Shown here: positions 49,443-59,587 of the stretch, piece by piece
How positions within the stretch are numbered: the first letter of the stretch is position 1
How the letters are laid out: each line of letters begins with the position of its first letter
DNA from: Verrucomicrobiales bacterium
Lineage (GTDB): Bacteria > Verrucomicrobiota > Verrucomicrobiia > Verrucomicrobiales > SLCJ01
Direction: 5' to 3'
Length of the DNA stretch: 64,000 bases
Assembly (NCBI GenBank): GCA_046075565.1
Contig: JBJTQJ010000119.1
Location: 32,001-96,000 of the forward strand
Notes under the pieces: generated by a model
Told to the model about the DNA's origin: nothing
The model's database searches: none
What the model saw: the letters and a program-made list of their open reading frames with translations, nothing else
Program-made: the position numbers and the translations under genes

Positions 49443-49527
49443 GTGGTTGTCATCAAACGTCCACCGGGACATTCCTGTCCATCTCCGCTTGAAACCCGGC
49501 GGGGAAACCCTGACAATTCCCCGCACG

Positions 49528-50283
49528 ATGGCCACGCAACTCCAGTCGCATGCCTACTTTGATCTCGATGGCACCCTTTTGCCGTGGGACACGCAATTGT
49601 TGTTCTGCAACCACATGATCCGCCGGCAGCGCTGGCGCATCGTGCTCTTGTTGCCGTTCTTTTTCCTCCTTCCGCTCGCGGCCTTGCGCATCGTGCGCAG
49701 CCGCGGCATGAAGCGGCTTTTCCTCTCTTACCTGACCGGCCTTTCACAAAAGCGCTTGCAGGAAGAAGCCGAAATCTTCTCGCGCGAAGTGGCACGGGAG
49801 ATTGTCTGGCCCGAGATGCGGGAGGAAGTCGAGGCCCGCCGCCGTGAGGGTTGTTTGCTCGTCCTGAACACGGCCAGCCCGGGCTTTTACGCCGAGCCGA
49901 TCGCGCGCGAACTCGGCTTCGACCGGTGCTTCGCCACCCGGGTGGTTGTGCCGGCGCGGTTTTCCTTTTTCCCCGCCATCGACGGACCAAATAACAAACG
50001 CGCCGCCAAAATCGACGCCATGCGGGCGGCGGGGTTGCTCATGCCGGACGACCCGATGCCCCGCCCCGGCTCGTGGGCCTACACCGACAGCCATGTCGAT
50101 ATCCCGCTGCTCGACGCGGCACAAACCGGGAGGCTCGTGCATCCGGCGGCGGACTTGGCTGCCCAGGCCGAGGACCGGGGCTGGAAAATCCTCCGCCCGA
50201 TGCCCGGCGTGCCCCGACCAGTGTGGTGGGCGGCGGTTTTCCTCATGATGCTCGGACTCTGGAAAAAGCCCGCCCGGCCCTGA
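49528..50283 (+). CDS. HAD-IB family hydrolase
   Basis: FDLDGTL, NTAS, K, AYTDSHVD motifs I-IV. Confidence 0.88.
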   Translation: MATQLQSHAYFDLDGTLLPWDTQLLFCNHMIRRQRWRIVLLLPFFFLLPLAALRIVRSRGMKRLFLSYLTGLSQKRLQEEAEIFSREVAREIVWPEMREEVEARRREGCLLVLNTASPGFYAEPIARELGFDRCFATRVVVPARFSFFPAIDGPNNKRAAKIDAMRAAGLLMPDDPMPRPGSWAYTDSHVDIPLLDAAQTGRLVHPAADLAAQAEDRGWKILRPMPGVPRPVWWAAVFLMMLGLWKKPARP

Positions 50284-50341
50284 AAATCGGAGGAAAAGAG
50301 GCCGAATTCCCCCCGGATGGGGAGGAAAGGGTGATTTTTGC

Positions 50342-50370
50342 TTGCCAATCCGGCAAATCGGCCCTAGTTT
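50342..50370 (+). promoter_or_regulatory. sigma70-like promoter giving a ~150-nt leader
   Basis: TTGCCA-17-TAGTTT. Confidence 0.55.
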
Positions 50371-50526
50371 GACTTCTGTAGCTGATCACAAAGTCTGGTC
50401 CGGAGGTCTCCGGGCCCGTTGAACTCCCCGAAAGTCATAACCATTGATTGCCCGGCCAAGAACCACCAACGCTGATACCGCGTGGCTGCTGCGTTAACCC
50501 GAATCGAACCTGAGAGAGAATAAAGT

Positions 50527-50988
50527 ATGAAACTGTTTGTCGGCAATTTGCCGTTTTCCGCCAACGAGGCGGAAGTCCGTGCCCTATTTGAAACCTACAG
50601 TCCGGTGGTGGATTTTTACCTGCCCCTGGACCGTGCCACCGGCAGGCCCCGCGGCTTTGCCTTCGTGACGCTCAACAGCCGTGAGGCCGGCAATGCGGCC
50701 ATCGAAGGTCTGAATGGCAGCGATTTTGGCGGCCGCCCCCTTCGTATCAACGAAGCGGTCGAGCGCCAGTTCACCCCCGGCGGTGGAGGCGGTGGTGACC
50801 GCGGTCCGCGCGGCGGCGGCGGTGGCGGCTATCGTGGTGACCGTGGCCCTCGTGGCGGCGGCGGCGGCGGATACCGCGGCGACCGTGGCGACCGTGGTGG
50901 TGACCGTGGCGGCTACCGTGACGGTGGCGACCGTGGTTATCGCGGCGGCGGCGGCGGCGGCTATCGTGGCGGTGGCGACGAATATTGA
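50527..50988 (+). CDS. RRM RNA-binding protein with Gly/Arg-rich tail
   Basis: RNP2 LFVGNL, RNP1 RGFAFV, then GGGGYRGDRG repeats. Confidence 0.95.
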   Translation: MKLFVGNLPFSANEAEVRALFETYSPVVDFYLPLDRATGRPRGFAFVTLNSREAGNAAIEGLNGSDFGGRPLRINEAVERQFTPGGGGGGDRGPRGGGGGGYRGDRGPRGGGGGGYRGDRGDRGGDRGGYRDGGDRGYRGGGGGGYRGGGDEY

Positions 50989-51019
50989 TTCGCCCAACCC
51001 GAACCAACCCAATTCTTCG

Positions 51020-51055
51020 ACCACGGGTCCGTTCCATCGGGCCCGTGGTTTTTTT
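51020..51055 (+). terminator. Intrinsic terminator
   Basis: accacgggtccg-ttccat-cgggcccgtggt followed by a T-run. Confidence 0.85.
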
Positions 51056-51065
51056 ATCCTAGAAA

Positions 51066-51192
51066 CCACGAATGAACACGAATTTACACGAATAAGAAAT
51101 TGGAAATCGGAGATCTATCTAAGGAGCCTCACTCATCCGCAGCATGATGTGGGGTTCTGTTATAACTCACTGAAAATTCGTGCCCATTTGTG
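51066..51192. repeat. 10-bp periodic cacgaat repeat with inverted copies
   Basis: ccacgaatgaacacgaatttacacgaat ... attcgtgcccatttgtg. Confidence 0.6.
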
Positions 51193-51259
51193 TCAATGAC
51201 AAGGCCCTGGCTTCGCCATCGTCGTTCCATTTTCCTTGCTCAGTTCATCGATTGTTACC

Positions 51260-52207
51260 TCACTTCGGCCACTTCAAGAGGGTGTAGCCGATAAAGCTGG
51301 CAAAAAGCACCGCACCTTCCCAGCGCACGAGACGGTTGCCGGTGACAAGGAGCGGCACAAGAGCCGCGGAGAGGCCGAGCATGACCCAGAGATCGACGGA
51401 GGCGATGCCGGGAGCGGAGAAGGGGGTGAAAGTGCCCGAGATCCCCATGATGGCCAGCACGTTGAAGATGTTCGAGCCGACAATGTTGCCGATGGCGATA
51501 TCGGCCTCCTTCTTGATGGCGGCAACAACCGAAGTGGCCAGTTCCGGCATACTCGTGCCCGCGGCGATGATGGTGAGGCCGATGACCGCCTCGCTCACGC
51601 CCAGTCCCCGCGCCAGGGCGACGGCATTGTCCACTAACAAGCGCGAGCCACCCACGAGCATGGCCAGTCCACCGAGGATGAGCAGGGCATCGACCCACGG
51701 GCTTTTCGTGCGTTGCGGCATGCCTTCTTCGTATTCGGCATCAATGGCCGGCGTATGCTGTTTTCGCGAGGCTATCACATTGAAGATCACGTAGGCGATG
51801 ATGCCGGCGAAAAGCAAAATCCCTTCCCACTGCTCGATCCGGCGATCCCAGAATACCCCGACCAGAATGCCGGCGGTGACCAGCATGATGGGTGCGTCGA
51901 ATTTAAGCAACTGCAATTGCACGCGCATGGGAGAGATCATCGCCGCGAGCCCGAGGATGACCGCGATATTGAAGATGTTCGAGCCAATGACATTACCCGC
52001 CGCGATATCGCCCTGGCCCACAGATGCGGCTTTCAAGCTGACGACCATTTCCGGGGCACTCGTGCCGAACGCCACCACCGTGAGACCGACGACGAGAGGA
52101 GTGACCCCGAAGCGCAGGGCCACCGAACCAGCCCCGCGAACGAGAAAATCCGCTCCGAAAGTGAGAATGAGAAGACCGAGGACGATGAGGGAAATTTGAA
52201 GAGTCAT
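51260..52207 (-). CDS. Calcium/sodium antiporter (YrbG-like, CaCA)
   Basis: Alpha repeats GTSAPE/GNVIGSNIFN and GTSMPE/GNIVGSNIFN. Confidence 0.93.
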   Translation of the reverse strand: MTLQISLIVLGLLILTFGADFLVRGAGSVALRFGVTPLVVGLTVVAFGTSAPEMVVSLKAASVGQGDIAAGNVIGSNIFNIAVILGLAAMISPMRVQLQLLKFDAPIMLVTAGILVGVFWDRRIEQWEGILLFAGIIAYVIFNVIASRKQHTPAIDAEYEEGMPQRTKSPWVDALLILGGLAMLVGGSRLLVDNAVALARGLGVSEAVIGLTIIAAGTSMPELATSVVAAIKKEADIAIGNIVGSNIFNVLAIMGISGTFTPFSAPGIASVDLWVMLGLSAALVPLLVTGNRLVRWEGAVLFASFIGYTLLKWPK

Positions 52208-52432
52208 GGGAAGCGGAGGGCGGTTGATTGGAGTCGGATTCATAGCCCAAAAGGAACGAACCCGCAAGCGGCATGAGAGCGAGCAGGCATGGCAGGGACA
52301 AAGCGGGCATCACGGTGCGCATGGAAAGGGTGATCCGGGCCGTCCCCCGATTTTTAGGAGTATCGGGTCGTAAAAATGGGGCGGGCCTGACAGTTCAGGC
52401 CTGCGGATTCCGTAGGTTGGGCGACACATCTC

Positions 52433-54657
52433 ATGAGAACGATTGCCCCGCTCCTTTGTCTGTTCCCTGTTGGTTGCTTGATGGGAACGGAAATCCATGT
52501 TGCCAAATCGGGGAATGATGAAAATCCGGGCACCGGGCTGCGCCCTTTGCTGACCATTTCTGCGGCGGCGCGCTTGGCCCAACCGGGAGACACGGTGATC
52601 GTCCACGCTGGCGTCTATCGGGAAAACGTTGATCCCCCGCGTGGTGGCGAATCGGAAACGCGGCGTATCACATACCGGGCGGCATCCGGGCCGAAGGTGG
52701 TGATCACCGGCTCCGAGAGCGCGCGAGGCTGGACCCGGGTCTCGGGGAATACCTGGAAGCTGGTGGTCCCGAACCAGACCTTCGGGAATTTTAATCCCTA
52801 TGTGGGTCGAATCCATGGAGACTGGTTCAAACCCATGGGCCGTGTGCACCACACCGGCTGCGTGTATTTGGAAGACGATTGGCTGCCGGAAGCACCCGAT
52901 TTGGCTTCGGTCATGGAGCCCGGCGACGGATCCCCGCAGTGGTTTGCCACTGTCGATGGCGACCATGGCCGAGACCTGGTCAATCTGGCGTGGTTCCAAG
53001 TTGGCCCGGGGAGCAGGGTATCGGCCGGAGAGCCATCTTTCCGTTATGGAACCAAGCCGCTGGTTCTTCCCGAGGGTGGCAAGGGAGCGGGAAAGATCCT
53101 CAACGGTCATTGGATGCGCTTTGACGGCGTCGACTTCGGAGCAGGTGTGGACCGCATGGAGTTCCAGGCAGCCGCAGGGGAGGGGGCGACGGTGATTGAG
53201 ATACGGCTTGGACATCCGGAGGGCGCATTGCTCGGGCGATGTGAGGTCGCGGGCACCGGGGGATGGGATCATTGGCAGACCTTCCATGCCCCGATCAAGC
53301 CGACCAAAGAAAAAAATCTCTGCCTGTTTTTCAAGACCCCCGAGTTGGATGGCGGCAAGACGACAATCCACGCGCGGTTTCCCGGTGAGGTGGACCCGAA
53401 TCGGGCCGCTGTCGAGATCAACTGCCGTCAAACCGTCTTTTATCCATCGCGCAATTTCATCAACTATATTACCGTGTCCGGTTTCACGCTCGAGAGGGCG
53501 GCGACCAATTGGGCCCCGCCATCCTCCGAACAGAAGGCGATCATCGGAACGAATTGGAGCAAAGGCTGGATCATCGAGCACAACACCGTGCGCCATTCCA
53601 TTTGTTCCGGGATTTCCCTCGGAAAATATGGCGACGGATACGACAACACCAACGACCAGGGCGACGCCGATCCCTACACGGCCTGCGTGAAGCGCGCTCT
53701 GGCGAACGGATGGAACAAGGCGACCGTCGGATCCCATATCGTGCGGAACAACCGCATCTCGCACTGCGAGCAGACCGGTATCGTCGGCAGCATGGGCGCG
53801 GCCTTCAGCACCATCCGCGGCAACGAGATCCATCATATCCATGTGCGGAAACATTTTTCCGGAGCCGAACGCGCGGGCATCAAATTCCACGGCGCGGTGG
53901 ACACGATTCTCGAGGGCAACCACATTCACCACGTTGATGGCGCGGCAGGAATCTGGCTGGACTGGATGACCCAGGGCACGCGCGTGACCGGCAATCTCAT
54001 GCATGACAATGGTGAACGCGGCGACCTCTGGCTGGAGGTGAACCACGGACCCTATCTTGTGGACAACATCCTTCTGCTTTCAGGTTTGATTACTCACCAG
54101 TCGCACGGCGGGGCCTTCGCCCATAATCTGCTGGCGAGGTTCGTCTCCAGCCCAAGGATCAGAGGAAGACGCCATTTCTCAAGGCCAACTCGACGGAAAT
54201 CGCCGGTGTTGAGATGGTTCCCGATGGAGATGATCAGTTTTACAACAACATCTTCTCGACGGGGGGATTGTCCGGGTATGACCGTTGTCCGCCCGCTTCG
54301 ATGCGGGCCGAAGCCAACCTTTATCTCGAAGGGGCGAAACCACCGAAACACGAACTCGCTCCCGCCATCGGCACCTCCCCCACGGGGATGCGGCTGGAAG
54401 AAGCCCCCGATGGGTTTCATCTGCACTTCACCCTTCCGGCCTTGCCGGAGGGATTCGCCAGCCGCGAGGTAAACACCGGGTTGCTCGGTCGTCCGCTGCT
54501 GGTCAACGAACCCTTCACCGATCCGGAGGCCCGGCCGATTGCGCTCGACACCGACTACTTCGGCAAGCTCCGGGGCAACGGAACTGCCTATCCAGGGCCA
54601 TTCTCCGGAGCGGTTCCGGGAGACCATCGAATCAAGGTGTGGCCCAAGGGCGAATAG
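52433..54657 (+). pseudogene. Secreted right-handed beta-helix (DUF1565/GH120-like) protein with CBM6-like insert, frameshifted near 54130
   Basis: [30 protein letters not shown]. After HNL the plausible continuation [30 protein letters not shown] is in another frame, ending at 54657. Confidence 0.72.
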
Positions 54658-54774
54658 GAAAGATGGCCGGGAGTTCGCGGCACCGGGGGTTCTGGGCGAC
54701 TCCGCTCCAAAAAGAAAGGACTGACAATCAGCCCGATAACGGCTATTGTATCTATCACCTTGGTCGAGAGGAAA

Positions 54775-57700
54775 ATGTCACAAAGCAACTTCATGCGCCG
54801 TCCACGGGTCCCGCTGCGGGGCCTTTGGTTGGCTTGCGGTGTGGCTGGCGTGATGACTTGCCGGGCCGAACCGCCCCCTCTCACCTTTCTGTCGGACTCA
54901 ATCGTTGATGACAAGGCTCTCGTCACTCCGGTCGGCACGACTTTCGCCGGCGCGATGAACGGAACCTCATTCCAGAACGACATCCTCGTCAGTCATAATG
55001 GCTGGCAGTATACCGCGTGGTATGACACCGTCGGCACCGATCAGAATGTTTGGCTCGCGAGGCGCAGCATCCTTGGCCCTGATTCCGGCACATGGGAAAA
55101 ATTCGACACTGGCTCTGATCAGATCAACGGGGACGAGAGTGCGTGGGATGTTCACAACACCATCTCGCTCGGCATTTCGAAGGCCGATGGAATCCTGCAC
55201 ATGGCTTGGGACCACCATGTCCACAATCTGCGTTACCGGCGCAGTCTGCCCGGTCTTACCACCTACGCGGACTCGGCCTGGAACGGCTCCAGCATCCTTG
55301 CCGAACAAAACTGGCTCACTTCCTCCGGCAGCGTGCTCGCCAGCGTGACCTACCCGATGTTCATTTTCACGCCGGAAGACACACTGTTGTTCAACTACCG
55401 CACCGGAGGTTCCAACAACGGCTCCAACTGGCTGGCGGCCTGGCAACCGGCCTCCGCGAATTACAGTGCACCCATTCTGGTGACCATCAAGGACGGGACC
55501 TACACCGGCCTGTCCAACAACGGCGGCAATTTCACTTCCAACAGTCGCAACGCTTATGCCAACGGCTTTGATTTCGGGCCCGATGGCAAACTGCATTACA
55601 CCTGGATCTGGAGGGAAAGTGTGGTCGCGTCCAATCACGATGTATGTTACGCCTACAGCCCGGACCGCGGGGTGAAATGGTATAACAGCTCGGGCACACT
55701 CATCGCGGACACTTCTCTCGGCCAGCGGATCCGGGTGGATACGCCCGGCACGGTTGTCGTGCCGCTGGATTGCCGCCAGCAACTCATCAATCAGCAGACC
55801 CAGTGCGTCGATGATCAGGGCCGCGTGCATGTTTTGGTCCGTCACCGCCGCCAGGAACCCGGCTTTGAATGGACGCTCGGCGACGGTGCTTTCAGCGGCC
55901 CGGATACCGCATACTTCCACTATTTCCGCAATCCGGTCACCGGTGCTTGGACCGGATCGCGTCTTCCCGTGACCCATGCCGCGTCGTCGAGGCCGGATGT
56001 GGAAACGCTATCAAATGGAGATGTCTATACGATCTTCCGATCCGGCGGCCGTCTGATCGTTGCCGCCGCCACAGCGGCCGCGAATTATACCGACTGGACC
56101 ATCCTCACGGACTACGGATCCGATTTCGCGGGCGAGCCGCGACTTGATCATTCGAGGTTGCGCAAGTCGGGTGTGCTATCGGTTTTTGTTTCTGAAGATG
56201 CTCCGGCCTCATCGCTGCCCACCCCTGTTCCATTGCACGTGATCGACTTCGCCACGGCTCCAGTCTTCGAGGTCCACGCCGGCCAGGACCAGCGGATGAC
56301 CGATGAGGATGGAGATGGATTGCATGAGGTGTTTCTCACGGCATCGGTCGGGGCGAGCACGGGGATCGGGGTCCAGTCGCGCCGGTGGCTCAAGAATGGG
56401 AATGTGCTTTCCACCCAAGCCGCCCTTACCATCGAATTGCCCGTCGGCTCCCACACCCTCGTCCACGAGGCGACCTCGGATGGCGGATTGGTCTCGGCGG
56501 ACAGTGTGCTGGTTACCGTGGAGGAGGGCGTGCTCCCGCCGTTCTTCACCGTCACTGCTTCCGCCAACGACGGGAATCTTCCTCAAAACACCCTCGACGG
56601 TAATCTTGGAACCCGCTGGTCGGCACAGGGCCCCGGCCAGTTCATCACTTGGGAGTTCGCGCGGATGAAACTGGTCCGCTCGGTTTCCATTGCATTCTAT
56701 AATGGCGACCTGCGGACGGCCTCATTTGATCTCCTCACATCAGCCGATGGCATCACGTGGAAACCGGCCCTAACCGGCCTAACAAGCTCGGGAACCACCA
56801 CCGCCTTGCAAACTTTCGACATTCCCGACACGAGCGCCCGCTTCATCCGCTATGTGGGTTACGGTAACTCGGTGAGCAACTGGAACAGCCTGACCGAGGT
56901 TGCTTTCGAATTGGCACCATCCCAGCCTTATATGCCGGACGCCCATACCCTCCAGCTCTGGCATCTGGATGAAGCCGCGCCGCCGTTTGCGAATGCGGCA
57001 AATCCAGCCCATCCACTGGCAGGTCTGCACAATGGTGCGCTTGCCTCACGGCCTGCCCCGATGGGTTTTGGATCATCCGTCAATTTCAATACCGGCACCG
57101 GCACCGACCGCGGCATCCTCACCTACGCATCCACGCTCAGCGCCTCGGTCGCGCCCGAAACTCCGCCCACCTTCGCCTACCACGGTGCCGATGGCGCGTT
57201 CACCCTCGAGGCGCTCGTGCGCTTCGATACCCTTCCCGGAAGCTGGACTTCGGAAGGTCAGATCGTCGCCATGGAGGGCGACGGCACCGGCACCCAGGAC
57301 CGCGTGTTCCAGTTCAGAGTTGAGCCATCGGGCGGTTCGCCCATCCTGAAGTTCATCAAGGTAGCGGATTTCACGCAATCAGTTGCCGCACCCATTCCCA
57401 TGGATGGCACCCATGCGGTCAACACCACTGACTGGTTCCATGTGGCGGTGGCCTATAACGGCAATGCAGGCGCACCGGACAACACCCGATTCTATTGGAC
57501 GCGCCTCGCACCGGGAGTGGAGAGAGCGCATTTCGTCGGATCTGGCACCCTGACGGCGGAGTTCAATTTCTCCACCATGCAAGGCGATTTCTCCATCGGC
57601 AACGAGGCCCGGAGCACCGGCGGCAGTTCCGGGGCATTTATCGGCTCCATCGATGAAGTCCGCATCAGCTCCATCGCGCGTGAGCCGGACGACTTCCTCT

Positions 57701-58059
57701 TCTCCGATGATACCGACCGGGATTCCTTGCCCGACACATGGGAAGTCCTGCGCTTCGGCAATGTAGCGAAGGGGCCAGCAGATGACTACGATGGAGACGG
57801 AAGTAACAACCGTGTTGAGTTCCTTCTGGGCCTCAATCCTGTCGATGGCTCATCAGCTTTCCGTGCGACGATCCAGCCCAGCGGTGCAAATTTCACCATC
57901 ACTTGGCCCACCGCTCCCGGTCTGACCTTCCGGGTCGAGCGCTCCACCACGCTTCTCGACCCTTGGACCGATCTCGCGACCCTGCAGGCCGGCACTTTTA
58001 CCGATACCAATCCGCCTCCCGAACGGGCGTTCTACCGGGTGCGGTTGTTGACACCCTGA
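54775..58059 (+). CDS. Large secreted multidomain protein: BNR_4-like propeller, PKD-like, F5/8 type C (CBM32-like), LamG-like, DxDxD repeat, C-terminal FYRV tail
   Basis: DVHNTISLG..DG.LHMAWDHH, TYP.F, YAYSPD.G.W; NTLDGNLGTRWSA..WNSLTE; GSIDEVRIS; DTDRDSLPDTWE; RAFYRVR. Confidence 0.8.
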   Translation: MSQSNFMRRPRVPLRGLWLACGVAGVMTCRAEPPPLTFLSDSIVDDKALVTPVGTTFAGAMNGTSFQNDILVSHNGWQYTAWYDTVGTDQNVWLARRSILGPDSGTWEKFDTGSDQINGDESAWDVHNTISLGISKADGILHMAWDHHVHNLRYRRSLPGLTTYADSAWNGSSILAEQNWLTSSGSVLASVTYPMFIFTPEDTLLFNYRTGGSNNGSNWLAAWQPASANYSAPILVTIKDGTYTGLSNNGGNFTSNSRNAYANGFDFGPDGKLHYTWIWRESVVASNHDVCYAYSPDRGVKWYNSSGTLIADTSLGQRIRVDTPGTVVVPLDCRQQLINQQTQCVDDQGRVHVLVRHRRQEPGFEWTLGDGAFSGPDTAYFHYFRNPVTGAWTGSRLPVTHAASSRPDVETLSNGDVYTIFRSGGRLIVAAATAAANYTDWTILTDYGSDFAGEPRLDHSRLRKSGVLSVFVSEDAPASSLPTPVPLHVIDFATAPVFEVHAGQDQRMTDEDGDGLHEVFLTASVGASTGIGVQSRRWLKNGNVLSTQAALTIELPVGSHTLVHEATSDGGLVSADSVLVTVEEGVLPPFFTVTASANDGNLPQNTLDGNLGTRWSAQGPGQFITWEFARMKLVRSVSIAFYNGDLRTASFDLLTSADGITWKPALTGLTSSGTTTALQTFDIPDTSARFIRYVGYGNSVSNWNSLTEVAFELAPSQPYMPDAHTLQLWHLDEAAPPFANAANPAHPLAGLHNGALASRPAPMGFGSSVNFNTGTGTDRGILTYASTLSASVAPETPPTFAYHGADGAFTLEALVRFDTLPGSWTSEGQIVAMEGDGTGTQDRVFQFRVEPSGGSPILKFIKVADFTQSVAAPIPMDGTHAVNTTDWFHVAVAYNGNAGAPDNTRFYWTRLAPGVERAHFVGSGTLTAEFNFSTMQGDFSIGNEARSTGGSSGAFIGSIDEVRISSIAREPDDFLFSDDTDRDSLPDTWEVLRFGNVAKGPADDYDGDGSNNRVEFLLGLNPVDGSSAFRATIQPSGANFTITWPTAPGLTFRVERSTTLLDPWTDLATLQAGTFTDTNPPPERAFYRVRLLTP

Positions 58060-58378
58060 GTCCCACTTCGCTTCCAGGGCGAGACAAACGGACTTAGCCG
58101 ATGCGAGATGGGATACTGCGCTTGCCCGGATGGTGAATCTGCAAACCAATCATCGAGAAACAAAGAGGAAGCCCGGCTGGCAAATCTTCGAAGGAAACCC
58201 CCTAAACCTTCGAAAATTGCTCCCAACCGGGCTTTCTACCGTGTCCGCATCGCGGCCACATGCCCATACTAAGCATTCAGGACGTTAGCGCAAGGGAATT
58301 TTTGTAATTTTTTACCTACAGGTCGGAAATTCGTCTCCGGCGGGCCAAAATGATCCAAAAGACGGGCCGGCGGCTGGA

Positions 58379-59521
58379 TTAGAAGGAGGGAAGAGGCGGG
58401 CCTCCGGGCTCGACGCCCAACACGCCGAGATACCACCGCAGGATGGTCTGGCCAGCCAGGATCCAGGTCCAGAGTCCGGCCACGAGCCATGGGCCGAAGG
58501 GAATATGCCCGGCCCAATGGCGGCGGCCGATGGCCCAGACGAGCAAGCCGAAGAGGCTGCCATAGATCGAGGCGGTAAAGACGGTGAAAATGACTCCTTT
58601 CCATCCGACGAAGGCGCCCGCCATGCAGAGGAAAAACACGTCGCCCATGCCCATGGCCTCGCGCGGCACGACGACCCTGGTGGTTTGACCGGCCAGCGAT
58701 TTGAGGTTGGCGAGCGGGACCTTGCGCGAATTTCTTTCCCCCGAGTCGAATTCCACATGGTCCCATGCGACGATCAATCGCCCAGCCTCTTGCTTCTTTT
58801 TGCCATCGACGAGCACGCCATCGGTTTCAATGATCAACCGGTCGGTTTCGCGGCTGAAAAGATCCTCCCATAGGATGGTTTTTTCATCGAGCAGAAGTTC
58901 GGGCGCCTCATTGGGGCCCTCGTGTATCTGCCAGGCTACCGGCTTTGCAAATTCCCGTTTCTGCCGCCCGAAGGCGCGTTTGCCCAATTCGACAATGAGC
59001 CACAGGATGCCGTATCCGAGCGCCGCACCAATGGCCCCTTGCAGCAATCCTTCCCACCAGACGGATTTTTGATGCAACGCCGGGACGAGAGCGGAGGCGA
59101 GCAATCCGAATGGCAAGACGCCCCATGTGACCTGATTGGGGATGATGTAGTGCCCGAAATCGACGAAGACGGTGACGATGCATGCGACCGCGAGCATGGC
59201 CAAAGCCAGCGCCTGCCAGGGAGAAAAGACCATCCACAATCCGAGAAAAGCCAGCGCGGTGATCCATTCGACCGCGAAGTAACGGAACGGGATCGGTGAT
59301 TTGCAGCCCGCGCAGCGGCCTCGCAGCAGGAGCCAACTCACCAGCGGGATATTCTGCCACATCGGAATGTTCCGGCGGCATCCCGGGCAAAACGAGCGCG
59401 CGGGTTCGTGCACCTTCAGGCCGAGCGGCCATCGGTAGATGCAGACATTGAGGAACGAGCCGACGCAGGCCCCGAGAAGAAAGGCCGAGGCGGTGCCAAC
59501 GATTGCGACGGGACTGAACAT
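58379..59521 (-). CDS. pilD: Prepilin peptidase (A24) with internal insertion
   Basis: GSFLNVCIYRWP, two CxxC, NIPLVSW, MGMGD, IPFGPWL. Confidence 0.9.
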   Translation of the reverse strand: MFSPVAIVGTASAFLLGACVGSFLNVCIYRWPLGLKVHEPARSFCPGCRRNIPMWQNIPLVSWLLLRGRCAGCKSPIPFRYFAVEWITALAFLGLWMVFSPWQALALAMLAVACIVTVFVDFGHYIIPNQVTWGVLPFGLLASALVPALHQKSVWWEGLLQGAIGAALGYGILWLIVELGKRAFGRQKREFAKPVAWQIHEGPNEAPELLLDEKTILWEDLFSRETDRLIIETDGVLVDGKKKQEAGRLIVAWDHVEFDSGERNSRKVPLANLKSLAGQTTRVVVPREAMGMGDVFFLCMAGAFVGWKGVIFTVFTASIYGSLFGLLVWAIGRRHWAGHIPFGPWLVAGLWTWILAGQTILRWYLGVLGVEPGGPPLPSF

Positions 59522-59531
59522 GACCGGCCCA

Positions 59532-59582
59532 ACCATGGGGCGGATTGGGCGGCTTGCCAATGGCTTTCCTTTCGGCCATGGT
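59532..59582. promoter_or_regulatory. Symmetric bidirectional sigma70-like promoter
   Basis: Shared TTGCCAA core: + TTGCCA-17-CATGGT and - TTGGCA-17-CATGGT. Confidence 0.6.
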
Positions 59583-59587
59583 GAGGC

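Noticed and set aside
50778..50976. ggcggc/gaccgtggc tandem repeats
   Set aside because: Explained by the Gly/Arg-rich tail of the RRM protein; not a CRISPR array or separate element.
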